From: Macrostomum hystrix
Taxonomy: Eukaryota; Animalia; Platyhelminthes
Direction: 5' to 3'
DNA: 64,000 nucleotides
Assembly: GCA_950097015.1 (NCBI GenBank)
Contig: CATNEN010000001.1
Location: 17,670,001-17,734,000 of the forward strand
Positions 63,903 to 64,000 of this stretch are shown here, one piece after another. The position numbers and the translations under genes were made by a program. A model generated the notes under the pieces. It ran no database searches and was not told the DNA's origin. It was given only the letters and a program-made list of their open reading frames with translations. The number at the start of each line of letters is the position of its first letter. Within the stretch, counting starts at the first letter, position 1.

Positions 63903-64000
63903 TTAGTGGGATGTCAGTAGGGTGTTAGTGAGATGTCAGTAGCGTGTTAGTGAGATGTCAGTAGCGTGTTAGTGAGATGTCAGTAGGATGTTAGTGGGAT
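63903..64000. repeat. 22-bp tandem repeat (GTGTTAGTGAGATGTCAGTAGC)n, intron 18
   Basis: Read directly from the sequence; runs off the window end. Confidence 0.9.

Overview
Eukaryotic (invertebrate animal) genomic DNA. The density of minisatellites, poly-Q/poly-G coding tracts and GC-rich exons resembles a free-living flatworm such as Macrostomum; this is an inference, not verified. Contents in order: (1) the last two exons of a pancreatic-lipase-like gene (+, 1-458). (2) A Shaker/Kv1 K+ channel (-) with an unbroken core ORF (2852-4603) and, missed by the ORF track, a set of candidate alternative N-terminal exons up to 15 kb upstream that all splice in phase 2 to an internal acceptor at 4430. 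A perfect 192-bp inverted repeat links one of these exons to the region just upstream of the core. (3) A two-coding-exon CCSER/FAM190-like gene (-, 25753-28161). (4) An 18-exon CELSR/Flamingo adhesion GPCR (+, 33016 to beyond the window end), with most introns filled by their own private minisatellite. (5) A young 4.94-kb Ty3/Gypsy LTR retrotransposon in CELSR intron 9 with a -1 frameshift signal. (6) Several copies of a tRNA-derived SINE. (7) An unclassified ~396-bp hairpin-ended insertion. (8) About 25 tandem repeat arrays. No CRISPR, rRNA or bona fide tRNA genes were found. Homologue sequences quoted below are recalled from memory and need checking by alignment.
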